This document shows, piece by piece, positions 34,121 through 43,708 of a stretch of DNA of 64,000 bases. The notes under the pieces are model-generated. The model was not told the origin of the DNA, searched no databases, and saw only the letters and a list, made by a program, of their open reading frames with translations. Source of the stretch: Desulfatiglandales bacterium (GTDB lineage: Bacteria > Desulfobacterota > DSM-4660 > Desulfatiglandales > Desulfatiglandaceae); assembly GCA_963666345.1 (NCBI GenBank), contig OY762721.1, positions 2,848,001-2,912,000 on the forward strand, read 5' to 3'. Position 1 is the stretch's first letter, and every line of letters starts with the position of its first letter. The position numbers were made by a program, and so were the translations under genes.

Positions 34121-34148
34121 CTAACAATATTTTTTATAGGAGGACATC

Positions 34149-35021
34149 ATGTTTAAAGGATCTATAGTTGCCATTGTTACACCCTTTAAAGAGGGCAGGG
34201 TGGATGAGGACTCCTTTAGAGACCTGATAGAATTCCAGATCGAAAACGGAACCAGCGGGATAGTGCCCTGCGGTACCACGGGGGAATCAGCGACCCTGAC
34301 GGTGGAAGAGCATGGCCGGGTCATAGATATAACGGTTGAAGCGGTTAAAGGAAGGGTTCCGGTCATTGCGGGAACAGGCGGAAACAGTACGGCCGAGGCA
34401 ATTGAACTTACAGGGCACGCAAAGGCGTCAGGAGTCGATGCAACGCTTCAGGTGACCCCCTATTATAACAAACCTACCCAGGAGGGCCTTTATCAACATT
34501 TCAAGGCAATCGCCGAGGCGGTCTCTCTTCCCCAGATACTTTACAATATACCTGGAAGAACGGGCGTGAATATGCTGCCCGAGACAATCGCCCGGCTTGC
34601 GGACATCCCGGAGGTGGTGGCCGTCAAGGAGGCATCCGGCAGCCTTGCTCAGATGGCCGAGGTGGTTCAGCTTGCAGGAGAAAAGATAACCCTCCTTGCA
34701 GGTGATGACAATGTTATCCTTCCGGTACTTTCATTGGGAGGAAAGGGTGTCATCTCCGTTATAGCAAACATGGTGCCCGGGCAGACCGCGGATATTATCA
34801 GGACTTGGGAAGAGGGGGATATAAACAGGGCAAGAGATCTTTTCTACGGACTTCTTCCCCTGTGCAGGGCCATGTTTTACGAGACAAACCCTATCCCTGT
34901 AAAGACCTCACTGGCGCTTATGGGAAAAATTAAGGGGGAATTCAGGCTTCCTATGACTCCGATGCTTCCTGAAAATCTCGAAAGACTCAAAAAGGCCTTG
35001 TCCGAATTCGGTCTTATCTGA
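34149..35021 (+). CDS. dapA: 4-hydroxy-tetrahydrodipicolinate synthase
   Basis: GTTGE, PYYNKP, YNIPGRT, KEASG. Confidence 0.97.
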   Translation: MFKGSIVAIVTPFKEGRVDEDSFRDLIEFQIENGTSGIVPCGTTGESATLTVEEHGRVIDITVEAVKGRVPVIAGTGGNSTAEAIELTGHAKASGVDATLQVTPYYNKPTQEGLYQHFKAIAEAVSLPQILYNIPGRTGVNMLPETIARLADIPEVVAVKEASGSLAQMAEVVQLAGEKITLLAGDDNVILPVLSLGGKGVISVIANMVPGQTADIIRTWEEGDINRARDLFYGLLPLCRAMFYETNPIPVKTSLALMGKIKGEFRLPMTPMLPENLERLKKALSEFGLI

Positions 35022-35090
35022 GGATGTTTTGGGGAGACATGTAAAAGAAAGCCGGTTGTTTCCGGTTGCGATATGAGGGAGGAATCTTAG

Positions 35091-35894
35091 ATGGCAAATG
35101 TAGCCGTGGCAGGTGCCGCCGGAAGGATGGGGGTGCGGATTATAAATCTTATCAGCCAGAATGACGCTCTTCTGCTTGCCGGCGCACTTGAGCGACCGGG
35201 GCATCCGAGGCTGGGAGAGGATGCAGGCCTTGTTGCAGGCCTTGGACAAACCGGCGTGGTAATATCTTCATCTCTTGAAGATGTCATTGACAGGGCTGAT
35301 GTGCTGATAGATTTTACCGAGGCCGGAGCCACTGTTCAAAACGCCCGGATCGTATCCTCCCTCAACAAATCCATGGTAATAGGCACTACCGGCATAACCG
35401 GTGAGATGCGCATTGAGATTGAAGCCTTGTGTCAGGACATGAGATGCGTCATGGCCCCCAACATGAGCGTGGGGGTGAATGTCATGTTCAAGATAGCAGG
35501 GGAAATGGCGCGAATACTGGGCAATGATTACGATCTGGAGGTTATAGAGGCCCATCACAGGTTTAAAAAGGATGCCCCCAGCGGCACGGCCGTTCATCTT
35601 GGAAGGCTTCTTTCCGAGGCGGTGGGGCGCGATTTTGACGAGGTGGCGGTTTTTGAACGAAATGGTATTACCGGGCAAAGGAGCGAAAGGGAGATAGGTC
35701 TTCAAAGCGTAAGGGCCGGAGACATAACCGGGGATCATACTGTTATCTTCGGTGGCATAGGAGAAAGGCTGGAACTGATTCACAGGGCCCATAACCGTGA
35801 CAACTTTGCCAAAGGCGCCTTGAGGGCCGCTGAATGGGTGGTTTCTCAGCCTAACGGCCTCTACAGTATGCAGGATGTACTGGGGCTTAAATGA
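35091..35894 (+). CDS. dapB: 4-hydroxy-tetrahydrodipicolinate reductase
   Basis: GAAGRMG, IDFT, GTTG, EAHHRFKKDAPSGTA. Confidence 0.96.
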   Translation: MANVAVAGAAGRMGVRIINLISQNDALLLAGALERPGHPRLGEDAGLVAGLGQTGVVISSSLEDVIDRADVLIDFTEAGATVQNARIVSSLNKSMVIGTTGITGEMRIEIEALCQDMRCVMAPNMSVGVNVMFKIAGEMARILGNDYDLEVIEAHHRFKKDAPSGTAVHLGRLLSEAVGRDFDEVAVFERNGITGQRSEREIGLQSVRAGDITGDHTVIFGGIGERLELIHRAHNRDNFAKGALRAAEWVVSQPNGLYSMQDVLGLK

Positions 35895-35956
35895 CCCGAT
35901 GGGTCTTTGGAACCCAAGTTAAAGAAGAACCACAAATCAGAAAGGGATTTCTACAG

Positions 35957-37129
35957 ATGGGGATATTTGAAAAGGCAGAAAGATTAAAGAAACTTCCACC
36001 TTATCTTTTCAAGGAGATAGATCGTAAAAAGGATGAAATAAGGGGCAGGGGGATCGATATCATAGATCTGGGAGTAGGGGATCCCGATCTGCCCACGCCG
36101 GGTAACATCATAGCCGCCCTCAAGGAGGCCTCGGAGGATCGCGCGAATCACCGTTACCCTTCCTATTCAGGAATGAATGATTTCAAGACCGCTGTTGCCG
36201 AGTGGTATGATAAGAGATTCGGTGTCGATCTTGATGAGAAAAGCGAGGTGGTTTCACTTATCGGCAGCAAGGAAGGCATAGCGCATTTTCCTCTGGCATT
36301 TATAAATCCGGGGGATATCGCCCTTGTCCCGTCTCCTGCCTATCCGGTCTATAACGTGGCGACCCTGTTTGCGGGGGGGGAGTCCTGTTTCATGCCTCTT
36401 TTGAGGGAAAATCGCTTTCTTCCCGACCTCGACTCCATACCGGAGGATGTCTGCTCAAGGGCAAGGATCATGTTCATAAACTACCCGAATAATCCTACCT
36501 CCGCTGTCGCCGATGTTGCATTTTTTTCCCGGGTCGTCCGGTTTGCAAAAGAAAACAATATAATAGTGTGCCATGATGCCGCATACTCCGAGATGGCCTT
36601 TGACGGCCATAAACCGATGAGCTTCCTTGAGGTCGAAGGCGCAAAAGATGTGGGGATCGAGTTCCATTCTCTGTCCAAGACCTACAACATGACAGGGTGG
36701 AGGATAGGCTTTGCCGTGGGTAACCGGGAGGCCGTCGAGGGGCTCGGGACTGTAAAGAGCAACATAGACTCGGGTATTTTTCAGGCCGTCCAGATGGCGG
36801 GGATAGAGGCCCTTAGAGGTGATCAGGCCTGCGTTGGAGAAGTTATAGAGGTATATACACGCAGGAGAGATCTTATGGTAAAGGGCCTGAGAGAGGCGGG
36901 GTTTGAGCTTGAGACACCCAGTGCCACCTTTTACCTCTGGGTAAGGGTGCCTGAAGGCTACACATCGGCTGCGATCACCGAGCGCCTGCTTGAGGAGGCG
37001 GGTGTGGTGGTCACCCCTGGTAACGGTTTCGGTGAGCCGGGTGAGGGATATTTCCGCATCGCCCTTACCCAGACAAGGGAAAGGCTTGAAGATGCGATCG
37101 GTCGGATTAAGGGCCTTAATCTAATGTGA
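35957..37129 (+). CDS. dapL: LL-diaminopimelate aminotransferase
   Basis: LPPYLF, LGVGDPD, GSKEG, NYPNNP, SLSKTYNMTGWR; follows dapB. Confidence 0.88.
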   Translation: MGIFEKAERLKKLPPYLFKEIDRKKDEIRGRGIDIIDLGVGDPDLPTPGNIIAALKEASEDRANHRYPSYSGMNDFKTAVAEWYDKRFGVDLDEKSEVVSLIGSKEGIAHFPLAFINPGDIALVPSPAYPVYNVATLFAGGESCFMPLLRENRFLPDLDSIPEDVCSRARIMFINYPNNPTSAVADVAFFSRVVRFAKENNIIVCHDAAYSEMAFDGHKPMSFLEVEGAKDVGIEFHSLSKTYNMTGWRIGFAVGNREAVEGLGTVKSNIDSGIFQAVQMAGIEALRGDQACVGEVIEVYTRRRDLMVKGLREAGFELETPSATFYLWVRVPEGYTSAAITERLLEEAGVVVTPGNGFGEPGEGYFRIALTQTRERLEDAIGRIKGLNLM

Positions 37130-37136
37130 CAAACAG

Positions 37137-37599
37137 GGATCATCTCCCGATTAGTTGGTTTTAAACAGGGCTAAATAAAGAAATCCTTCTTATTTAAGCG
37201 GGTTAGACCTCGTAGGATTCAAGGGGTCGAGGATTCAAGGATTCCAGTGCTCCATTGAAACGGCGGATAAAACCGCTAAAGCATAACAAAGATTTAAAGC
37301 TGTTGCATAAATCCTGCGAACGCTTTTTCAGGTATATAGAATAAATGAAGAATTCTCAAATAACATGAGCTACACAGAGATCGATAAATTGTTAAAAATG
37401 CTGATAAAGTCTTTAGAAAACAAACCCTTGACCCCTTGACCCCTTGAAACCGGGAACCCGCTGCGAAGCAGTGGGACTGAGCAAAGCGCAAGCGGAGCAA
37501 AGAAACCGGGAACCCGCTGCGAAGCAGTGAGACTGAGCTGAGCTAAGCGAGGGTGAAAAATCCTTGGACCCTCTTCGCCAACTAAGTTGGGGAAGAACC
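37137..37599 (+). mobile_element. Family A MITE-like element, copy 1, with four-helix-bundle remnant and two 56-bp modules
   Basis: Imperfect TIRs GGATCATCTCCCGATTAGTTGG / CCAACTAAGTTGGGGAAGAACC; flanks ACAAACAG / ATAAATAG (decayed 8-bp TSD); homologous to 42579-42920. Confidence 0.8.
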
Positions 37600-37640
37600 A
37601 TAAATAGTAATTTGCGTTACGGCCCGGACAGGTATTATCT

Positions 37641-38141
37641 ATGGCGACTTCCGCCTTTATCGGGATCGGCTCAAATCTGGGAGACAGGGTCAAAAACTGC
37701 CTTGACGCGATAGAATCAATAAGAGATATCCCCGGGTGCGCTGTTGAGTCGAGATCCGATCTTTTCACTACAGAGCCTCAGGGAGTCAGGGACCAGGACT
37801 GGTTTGTCAACGGGGTGGTTTCCGTTTATACCTGTCTGGGGGCGTCTCAACTTCTTTCCGGTCTCATGGCTATCGAAAGTGTCATGGGAAGGGTGAGGGA
37901 GAAAAAATGGGGACCCAGGAATATCGATCTTGACATCCTTTTTTTTGGTCGGGAGATAATAGAAACGGAGGATCTGATCGTTCCTCACCCCATGGTCCAG
38001 GAGCGCAGGTTCGTGCTTGTGCCTATGGTGCAGCTGGCACCCGATTTCAAACATCCGCTGCTCATGAAGAGTATGGCCGATTTGCTGGATGATCTTAACA
38101 AGGACGGGCAGGCCGTTTTCCCCTTAAAGGAGGAACCTTGA
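37641..38141 (+). CDS. folK: HPPK, folate biosynthesis
   Basis: IGIGSNLGDR, QDWFVN, WGPRNIDLDI, PHP, RRFVL. Confidence 0.95.
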   Translation: MATSAFIGIGSNLGDRVKNCLDAIESIRDIPGCAVESRSDLFTTEPQGVRDQDWFVNGVVSVYTCLGASQLLSGLMAIESVMGRVREKKWGPRNIDLDILFFGREIIETEDLIVPHPMVQERRFVLVPMVQLAPDFKHPLLMKSMADLLDDLNKDGQAVFPLKEEP

Positions 38142-38425
38142 TAAAGCTTATAGTGATAGGTTTTCTCGTGTGGCTTGTCTACAGGACCCTTAAGGGAATT
38201 TTTTCAGTCAAGAAGGAACAGGGCAGCGTAAATGAGCAGATAAGTGAAATGGTTCAGGATCCATCCTGCCTGACCTTTATTCCCAAAACAGATGCCAGAA
38301 GGCGGGTGATCAACGGCAAGACCTATTATTTCTGCAGTGATGAGTGCGCGGCCAGGTTCGAAAAGGCTGGAAAGGTGCGGGAGCAAATTAGTATAAATGA
38401 CAATAAACAGCAGGAGGATTTATGA
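38138..38425 (+). CDS. Small membrane-anchored YHS/TRASH domain protein
   Basis: N-terminal TM; MVQDPSC...YYFCSDEC. Confidence 0.75.
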   Translation: MIKLIVIGFLVWLVYRTLKGIFSVKKEQGSVNEQISEMVQDPSCLTFIPKTDARRRVINGKTYYFCSDECAARFEKAGKVREQISINDNKQQEDL

Positions 38426-39063
38426 AATTTTTTATTGATACTGCCAATGTGGAAGAGATCAAAAAGGCGAGCGCCCTTGGAATGGTGGACGGGGTGACGA
38501 CAAATCCCTCGCTTGTGTCAAAAGAGGGACGTGAATTTAAAGGACTTATCAAAGAGATATGCGGGATCGTGGATGGTCCCGTGAGCGCGGAGGTCGTGAG
38601 CGTTGATTCGGACGGAATGGTGGCTGAGGCGCGTGACCTTGTAAAAATTGCGGATAACATAGTGGTAAAGATCCCGCTTCTGGAAGAAGGGTTAAAGGCG
38701 GTAAAGATCCTGGCGGAAGAAGGTATACGCACCAATGTCACACTCTGCTTTTCTCCCGTGCAGGCTCTTATGGCGGCAAAGGCGGGGGCTGCCTACATCA
38801 GTCCTTTCGTTGGAAGGCTGGATGATATCAGCCATCAGGGAATGGAGCTGGTTGAGCAGATTATCACCATCTACGATAACTATGGTTTCGAAACAGAGGT
38901 CATAGTCGCAAGTGTGAGAAATCCCCTCCATGTCGTGGATGCGGCCCTCATGGGGGCGGACATAGCCACCATCCCCTTTAAGGTTATAAGCCAGCTTGTA
39001 AAGCACCCCCTTACGGATATCGGCCTTGAAAAGTTCCTGGCTGACTGGAAAAAACAGGGATAA
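38422..39063 (+). CDS. fsa: Transaldolase / fructose-6-phosphate aldolase
   Basis: [31 protein letters not shown]. Confidence 0.93.
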   Translation: MKFFIDTANVEEIKKASALGMVDGVTTNPSLVSKEGREFKGLIKEICGIVDGPVSAEVVSVDSDGMVAEARDLVKIADNIVVKIPLLEEGLKAVKILAEEGIRTNVTLCFSPVQALMAAKAGAAYISPFVGRLDDISHQGMELVEQIITIYDNYGFETEVIVASVRNPLHVVDAALMGADIATIPFKVISQLVKHPLTDIGLEKFLADWKKQG

Positions 39064-39064
39064 T

Positions 39065-39649
39065 ATGGCTCTGAAGTCTTTTGCAGGCATTTTAACAGTG
39101 GCCTTTGTCCTGATATCATACATGGTGCCTCCTGCCTATGGTGATATATATCGGTATAAGGACAAAAATGGAGTCGTACATTTTGCCAATGTAAAAAGCG
39201 ACAAGCGCTACAGGATCTATATAAGGACAATCAAAAAGACGCCTGCCCAGTATATAAATCAATATGAGGGTATAATAAAGCAGGCGGCAAAGAGGTTCGG
39301 CGTCGACCGTAATCTGATAAAGGCGGTCATAAAGGCCGAGTCGGATTTCAATCACAAGGCCGTTTCCAGAAAAGGTGCCCAGGGGCTTATGCAGCTCATG
39401 CCCGGGACCGCAGATGAAATGGACGTGGATAATCCCTTTAATGCCGAGGAAAATATATTCGGAGGCACCCGTTATCTCAGCCTTCTTTTGAAGCGTTTCA
39501 AGGGCGATACCCGTCTGGCCCTGGCGGCCTACAATGCCGGACCCGAGGCGGTCGAGTCGAACAATAGAATTCCACGGATACCTGAGACTCAGGAATTCGT
39601 CAAAAAGGTGATGCGTTATTTTGAGATCTACCGATCCAAGAGGGGTTAG
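39065..39649 (+). CDS. SLT-family lytic transglycosylase
   Basis: AES..N, GAQGLMQLMP, ALAAYNAG, ETQ.FV; N-terminal IYRYKD..G.VHF. Confidence 0.9.
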   Translation: MALKSFAGILTVAFVLISYMVPPAYGDIYRYKDKNGVVHFANVKSDKRYRIYIRTIKKTPAQYINQYEGIIKQAAKRFGVDRNLIKAVIKAESDFNHKAVSRKGAQGLMQLMPGTADEMDVDNPFNAEENIFGGTRYLSLLLKRFKGDTRLALAAYNAGPEAVESNNRIPRIPETQEFVKKVMRYFEIYRSKRG

Positions 39650-39662
39650 AAAAGGGGCGGAA

Positions 39663-40247
39663 ATGATGGACTCGGAGTTCAAAAAAAGTATCTCTAATAT
39701 ACCCAATACCCTCACGATAATGAGGCTTGCCTCTATCCCGCTTATCCTGGTATGTCTTTTATTTGAGGGACGGGTGGGGAGTTTTCTGGGAGGGCTTTTT
39801 TTTACGATAGCATCGGTCACGGATATCCTGGACGGCTATGTTGCAAGGAAATATAATTCCGTTACGGTTCTGGGTAAATTTCTTGACCCCCTTGCGGACA
39901 AACTGCTCGTATCAATGACCATGATCATGCTTATTCCACTTGGTCGTATTCCTTTCTGGGTGGTTATGGTCATAGTGGCCAGAGAGATGGCGGTTACGGG
40001 GTTAAGGGGGATCGCAGTTACCGAGGGAATAGTCCTTCAGGCAAGCCCGCTGGGAAAATTCAAGACCATCTTTCAGTCCGTCGCCATTGCGGGTCTGTGC
40101 CTTCATTACGAATACCTGGGCCTTGTCGATACGCATGTGGTGGGCATGTTCTTTCTGTGGTGTGCCCTGGTATTGACGCTTTGGTCCGGGTATGATTATT
40201 TCAGCCAGTTCAGCCATGTTCTTCACAAAAAACCTGATCCGGACTGA
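39663..40247 (+). CDS. pgsA: CDP-diacylglycerol--glycerol-3-phosphate 3-phosphatidyltransferase
   Basis: NIPNTLT, DILDGYVAR, GKFLDPLADK. Confidence 0.94.
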   Translation: MMDSEFKKSISNIPNTLTIMRLASIPLILVCLLFEGRVGSFLGGLFFTIASVTDILDGYVARKYNSVTVLGKFLDPLADKLLVSMTMIMLIPLGRIPFWVVMVIVAREMAVTGLRGIAVTEGIVLQASPLGKFKTIFQSVAIAGLCLHYEYLGLVDTHVVGMFFLWCALVLTLWSGYDYFSQFSHVLHKKPDPD

Positions 40248-40279
40248 TTTATAATTTGTTTGTTTCCAGAGTTTTTCTG

Positions 40280-40307
40280 TTGACAAAACAGAAGCGTGTA
40301 GTAAAAT
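40280..40307 (+). promoter_or_regulatory. Sigma70-type promoter of the tRNA operon
   Basis: TTGACA-16 bp-TAAAAT, 13 bp upstream of tRNA-Gly. Confidence 0.65.
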
Positions 40308-40320
40308 ATAGAGTCTCTTT

Positions 40321-40396
40321 GCGGGAATAGCTCAGCTGGTAGAGCTCTACGTTGCCAACGTAGTTGTCGCGGGTTCAAGTCCCGTTTCCCGCTCCA
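40321..40396 (+). tRNA. tRNA-Gly(GCC)
   Basis: GCGGGAA/TTCCCGC acceptor stem, CTACG-TTGCCAA-CGTAG anticodon arm, GTTCAAGT T-loop, CCA. Confidence 0.97.
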
Positions 40397-40407
40397 TAAG
40401 TTAAAAA

Positions 40408-40483
40408 GGCGGCATAGCCAAGTTGGTAAGGCAGCGGTCTGCAAAACCGTTATTCACCAGTTCAAATCTGGTTGCCGCCTCCA
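40408..40483 (+). tRNA. tRNA-Cys(GCA)
   Basis: GGCGGCA/TGCCGCC acceptor stem, GCGGT-CTGCAAA-ACCGT anticodon arm, U73, CCA. Confidence 0.97.
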
Positions 40484-40492
40484 TCATTTAGG

Positions 40493-40531
40493 AAGGGGTC
40501 TGCATCGTATATGTGTGCAGGCCCCTTTTTT
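40493..40531 (+). terminator. Intrinsic terminator of the tRNA operon
   Basis: AAGGGGTCTGCA...TGCAGGCCCC followed by T-run. Confidence 0.75.
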
Positions 40532-40594
40532 ATTTTCTGCTACCATTTTGCTACCACTTTGGGCAAAAACTGCATTTCCCAGTATAGTTATCAA

Positions 40595-40687
40595 TCATTT
40601 AGGGATGACATCGAGGTCGTACCGCTCGATAAGTGCCGAATACCCTGCAGGTTTGAGTATCGATTTATTCTGTTTGTTTTCAATCAT
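40595..40687 (-). pseudogene. Possible N-terminal fragment of a Fic-family gene
   Basis: KPAGYSALIERYDLDVIP resembles the N-terminus of long Fic proteins, then an early stop. Confidence 0.35.
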
Positions 40688-40921
40688 AATTTTCTCTTGA
40701 AAAATAGTTATATTCCCGAAAAATTGATTGCAAATCGGGCTATCGGGAGATTTTTTGTTACGCTGTGTGTCCAAGGTCAGCCCACTCCCGATCACGTTGC
40801 CTGCCCTGGCAGACCGCCCTGTTTCCGTACATATCCCGCTTAGGGGTACGATAAGTTTTAAATGAGTCGTAAGGCCGGCACGGGGGAAGGAAAATCCTGT
40901 ATTTCAACGGCGGGCGGTTTA

Positions 40922-42502
40922 TCAGTCATCAAGCAGTAGCAGGGGAATCCAGGGCATATCTTTATTATCCGGTTTATCCTTGAAAAAGGCCTTTATGTTG
41001 ACATTGGTGTTACCATAGTAGTCGGTTACATCCTCGAAATCACTTCCATTGTAACTTATAAAGCTTTCTCCGGGATTTGCGCTTGTTACCGCATAGCCGC
41101 CTATGGGTCTTTCAATAGGGATAGGGGTTTTGTTTTCTTCTCCTGGGGGGTCTGTGAATTTTATCACCACGCAAAACGGATCATTTCCCGATACCTCTAC
41201 CGGTGCCGGCAGCAGGACCGTATAGTAGCCCCTGTATTCAACCTGACCGGATACGGCGGTACCCAGCAGAGGGTCTGAAAAATGAACATCAGGGGAGACT
41301 CCCGTCATGGTATCATATATCTGTATCTCATAGTCCATCCCTGATGTGGGGGCATAAAGGCCTATTCCGGTAATGGTTCCGTCCGCCGCCGGGGTAAAAC
41401 GATTCGCGCCCCAGCCGTCCCTCTGAGTGCCATAGCCGATGGTACCGGTCCATCCCAGGGGATCGTACTGAAGTATGCTGTCGAATGAAAGGAGGGAGTC
41501 ATCAGTGTCTTGATAATAGCCAAGCGATGTGAACCCTATACTCTCATCGTAATAAGACACGTAAAAGTAGCCGTCCTCCCCCCATGCGTCTCCCCAGGAA
41601 TTTCTGACTATAAAGGCGCCCGGCTGGGAGGCGCCCGTAACCTTATCATCGTCCCAGCCCACGATGGTGACGCAGTGGTTGGAGTTATTGAAGGAATCGG
41701 TCGGATCATCGTAATAAAAGGTATGGTCTGTTTCGTTGAAATTTCCCTCAGACCATTCTATTGAAGTATGAAGCGCCCCATGCCCGGAAATTGCATCCTT
41801 TATATAGTCGATGCTTGAGGCCGGGTCTGAGCGTACCGGCAGGAAAACTCCATTGTCTATGTATCGAGTAGGATCGCAGCCGGTACAATAGGAGGTGTCC
41901 GTGCAGGCCTCGGCGTCATATGGATCATCCGTCTCCATTACTGGGCCCGCATACCTTGCAAAATAGGCCAAACCCATTTCCATGTTACCGCCGTCATCCG
42001 GGCCGTATGCGAATCCATGGGCGCGGCTCAGATGCTTTTCGGAATAATCGTTTGAATTATCTGAAAGGCCGAACTCGGCCTTAAGGTGGCTTTCCACTAC
42101 ACCGTAGGTAGTAAATGCCCAGCAGGTATTACACTGCCCCTGATTCCTTACAGGCGTAAGGAGGCTGTCTGACGTGTCCCCGTCGCCATCTGGGTCCCTC
42201 ATGTCATATTCGGCGTCACCGGCTGAAGCCCCACACGGTGCGAGTCCCTCAATTTCAAGCTGTGTGTCGGGCTCATGAATTTCAGGTGCGATCGGGCCGG
42301 GTATGTATCCAAGGCCGAAACCGTTTTCAGCCGCCCCGTATGCCCTTAATAGAAGATCTTCCTCTTTCTGATGGAATGCCGTAAAGGCCGGGTTAACAGG
42401 GGCGAGCATTGATTCCGGCCTCTGGGCGCAGGCATTCTGTAAAGCCATCGGTGCTATGGTGCCTGAAATAAAGTAAAAGGCGCAAAGGATAATCAGTCTC
42501 AT
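40922..42502 (-). CDS. Secreted papain-family (C1A) cysteine protease with lectin-like domain and PWIPLLL tail
   Basis: Signal peptide; QGQCNTCWAF, NHCVTIVGWDD, RNSWG catalytic motifs; QYDPLGW; ends DMPWIPLLLLDD. Confidence 0.9.
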   Translation of the reverse strand: MRLIILCAFYFISGTIAPMALQNACAQRPESMLAPVNPAFTAFHQKEEDLLLRAYGAAENGFGLGYIPGPIAPEIHEPDTQLEIEGLAPCGASAGDAEYDMRDPDGDGDTSDSLLTPVRNQGQCNTCWAFTTYGVVESHLKAEFGLSDNSNDYSEKHLSRAHGFAYGPDDGGNMEMGLAYFARYAGPVMETDDPYDAEACTDTSYCTGCDPTRYIDNGVFLPVRSDPASSIDYIKDAISGHGALHTSIEWSEGNFNETDHTFYYDDPTDSFNNSNHCVTIVGWDDDKVTGASQPGAFIVRNSWGDAWGEDGYFYVSYYDESIGFTSLGYYQDTDDSLLSFDSILQYDPLGWTGTIGYGTQRDGWGANRFTPAADGTITGIGLYAPTSGMDYEIQIYDTMTGVSPDVHFSDPLLGTAVSGQVEYRGYYTVLLPAPVEVSGNDPFCVVIKFTDPPGEENKTPIPIERPIGGYAVTSANPGESFISYNGSDFEDVTDYYGNTNVNIKAFFKDKPDNKDMPWIPLLLLDD

Positions 42503-42578
42503 AAAAGAAAACCTTATTATGGATGGATGGAAAAGCCCCGGTAAATGGATGCCGGTATCTTGGAAACATTAAAATTTA

Positions 42579-42920
42579 GGATCATCTCCCGATTAGTTGG
42601 TGTTAAACAGGGCTAAGCAATGAAATCCTTCTTATTTAAGCGGCTGAGAGCTAGTAGGGTTCAAGGATTCCAGTGTTCCATTGAAACGGCGGATAAAACC
42701 CCTAAAGCATTACAAAGATTTAAAGCTGTTGCAGAAATCCTGCGAATGCCTTTCAGGTATATAGAATAAATGAAAAATTCTCAAATAACATGAGGTACAC
42801 AGAGATCGATAAATTGCTAAAAATGCCTATAAAGTCTTTAGAAAACAAACACTTGACCCCTTGACCCCTTGACCCCTTGGGTCCTTGGACCCTCTTGGCC
42901 AACTAAGTTGGAGAAGGACC
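42579..42920 (+). mobile_element. Family A MITE-like element, copy 2
   Basis: Same TIRs; perfect 8-bp TSD AAAATTTA at 42571-42578 and 42921-42928. Confidence 0.85.
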
Positions 42921-43317
42921 AAAATTTAAAATGCCTGTTATCGGATTTTCAGGTAAAGGAAAAAGGTATTTTGCGGAATAGTATAGACATTCCCTCAGAA
43001 TCTGTCACCACAGAAAATGTGAAATTTGTCTGTTTAGACCCCTGTCTGCCGTTTCTTAGGAAATCTTTATCCTGGTGGATATAGATATGGGCCACAAAAA
43101 AGAAAACGGGGCGGTCGTATGTCATTTAACCTGTCGATATATCAATAAAGAAAATTGGTGCTACCTGATTTTGTTAAGTGTTTTATAGGCATTAATTTGG
43201 TATATATTCCAAATTAATTTTAAAGAAGATAAAAGAGGTGCTGTTGACATTTAATGAAGAGTTGTGATACCTGATAATATCTCAAAATATTCATATAGTT
43301 TCCAGCATTTGGTTTTA

Positions 43318-43400
43318 ATCACACTGTGAAAAAGCCAAACCCCGAGCAATCGAGGGACGGAAAGCCACGGGTCTTGAAAAGACAGCCGGGTTGCCGAAAG
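43318..43400 (+). ncRNA. c-di-GMP-I (GEMM-I) riboswitch, copy 1
   Basis: GCCAAACCCCGA-GCAA-TCGAGGGACGGAAAGCCACGGGTC...GACAGCCGGGTTGCC: GNRA loop and conserved core. Confidence 0.88.
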
Positions 43401-43419
43401 GTGGCCCGGCTTTTTGTTT
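43384..43419 (+). terminator. Riboswitch expression-platform terminator
   Basis: AGCCGGGTTGCC-GAAA-GGTGGCCCGGCT plus TTTTGTTT; 5' arm shared with the aptamer. Confidence 0.8.
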
Positions 43420-43708
43420 GTGCGCCCGGCAGGGCGCACTCACTTGGAGGTGAAAGTCCTCTACACGCCCGTCAGGGGGAAGTGTTAGCTGAACGGCAAC
43501 TGCGTCACCGTGAGGTGAGGTGGGGAGGAAGCTGAAGGCAAAGCGCTGGCCCGACGAACAGGAATCGCATATTAGGCGGTCATGCCGGATGAGGAGGCAA
43601 ATATCTCTAAAGTCCAATACCTGACCGGAAGGCATGGGCGTATATGCGGCGGGCATAAGCGTGAAGGTGGGTGTGCATTACCCGGGGAGACCTCATGGTA
43701 TGCCGTGA

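Noticed and set aside
37446..37560. 56-bp repeats as a CRISPR array
   Set aside because: Only two abutting units, no unique spacers, no cas genes
43326..43656. Short ORFs over the riboswitch and intron 5' end
   Set aside because: Overlap structured RNA; no protein features
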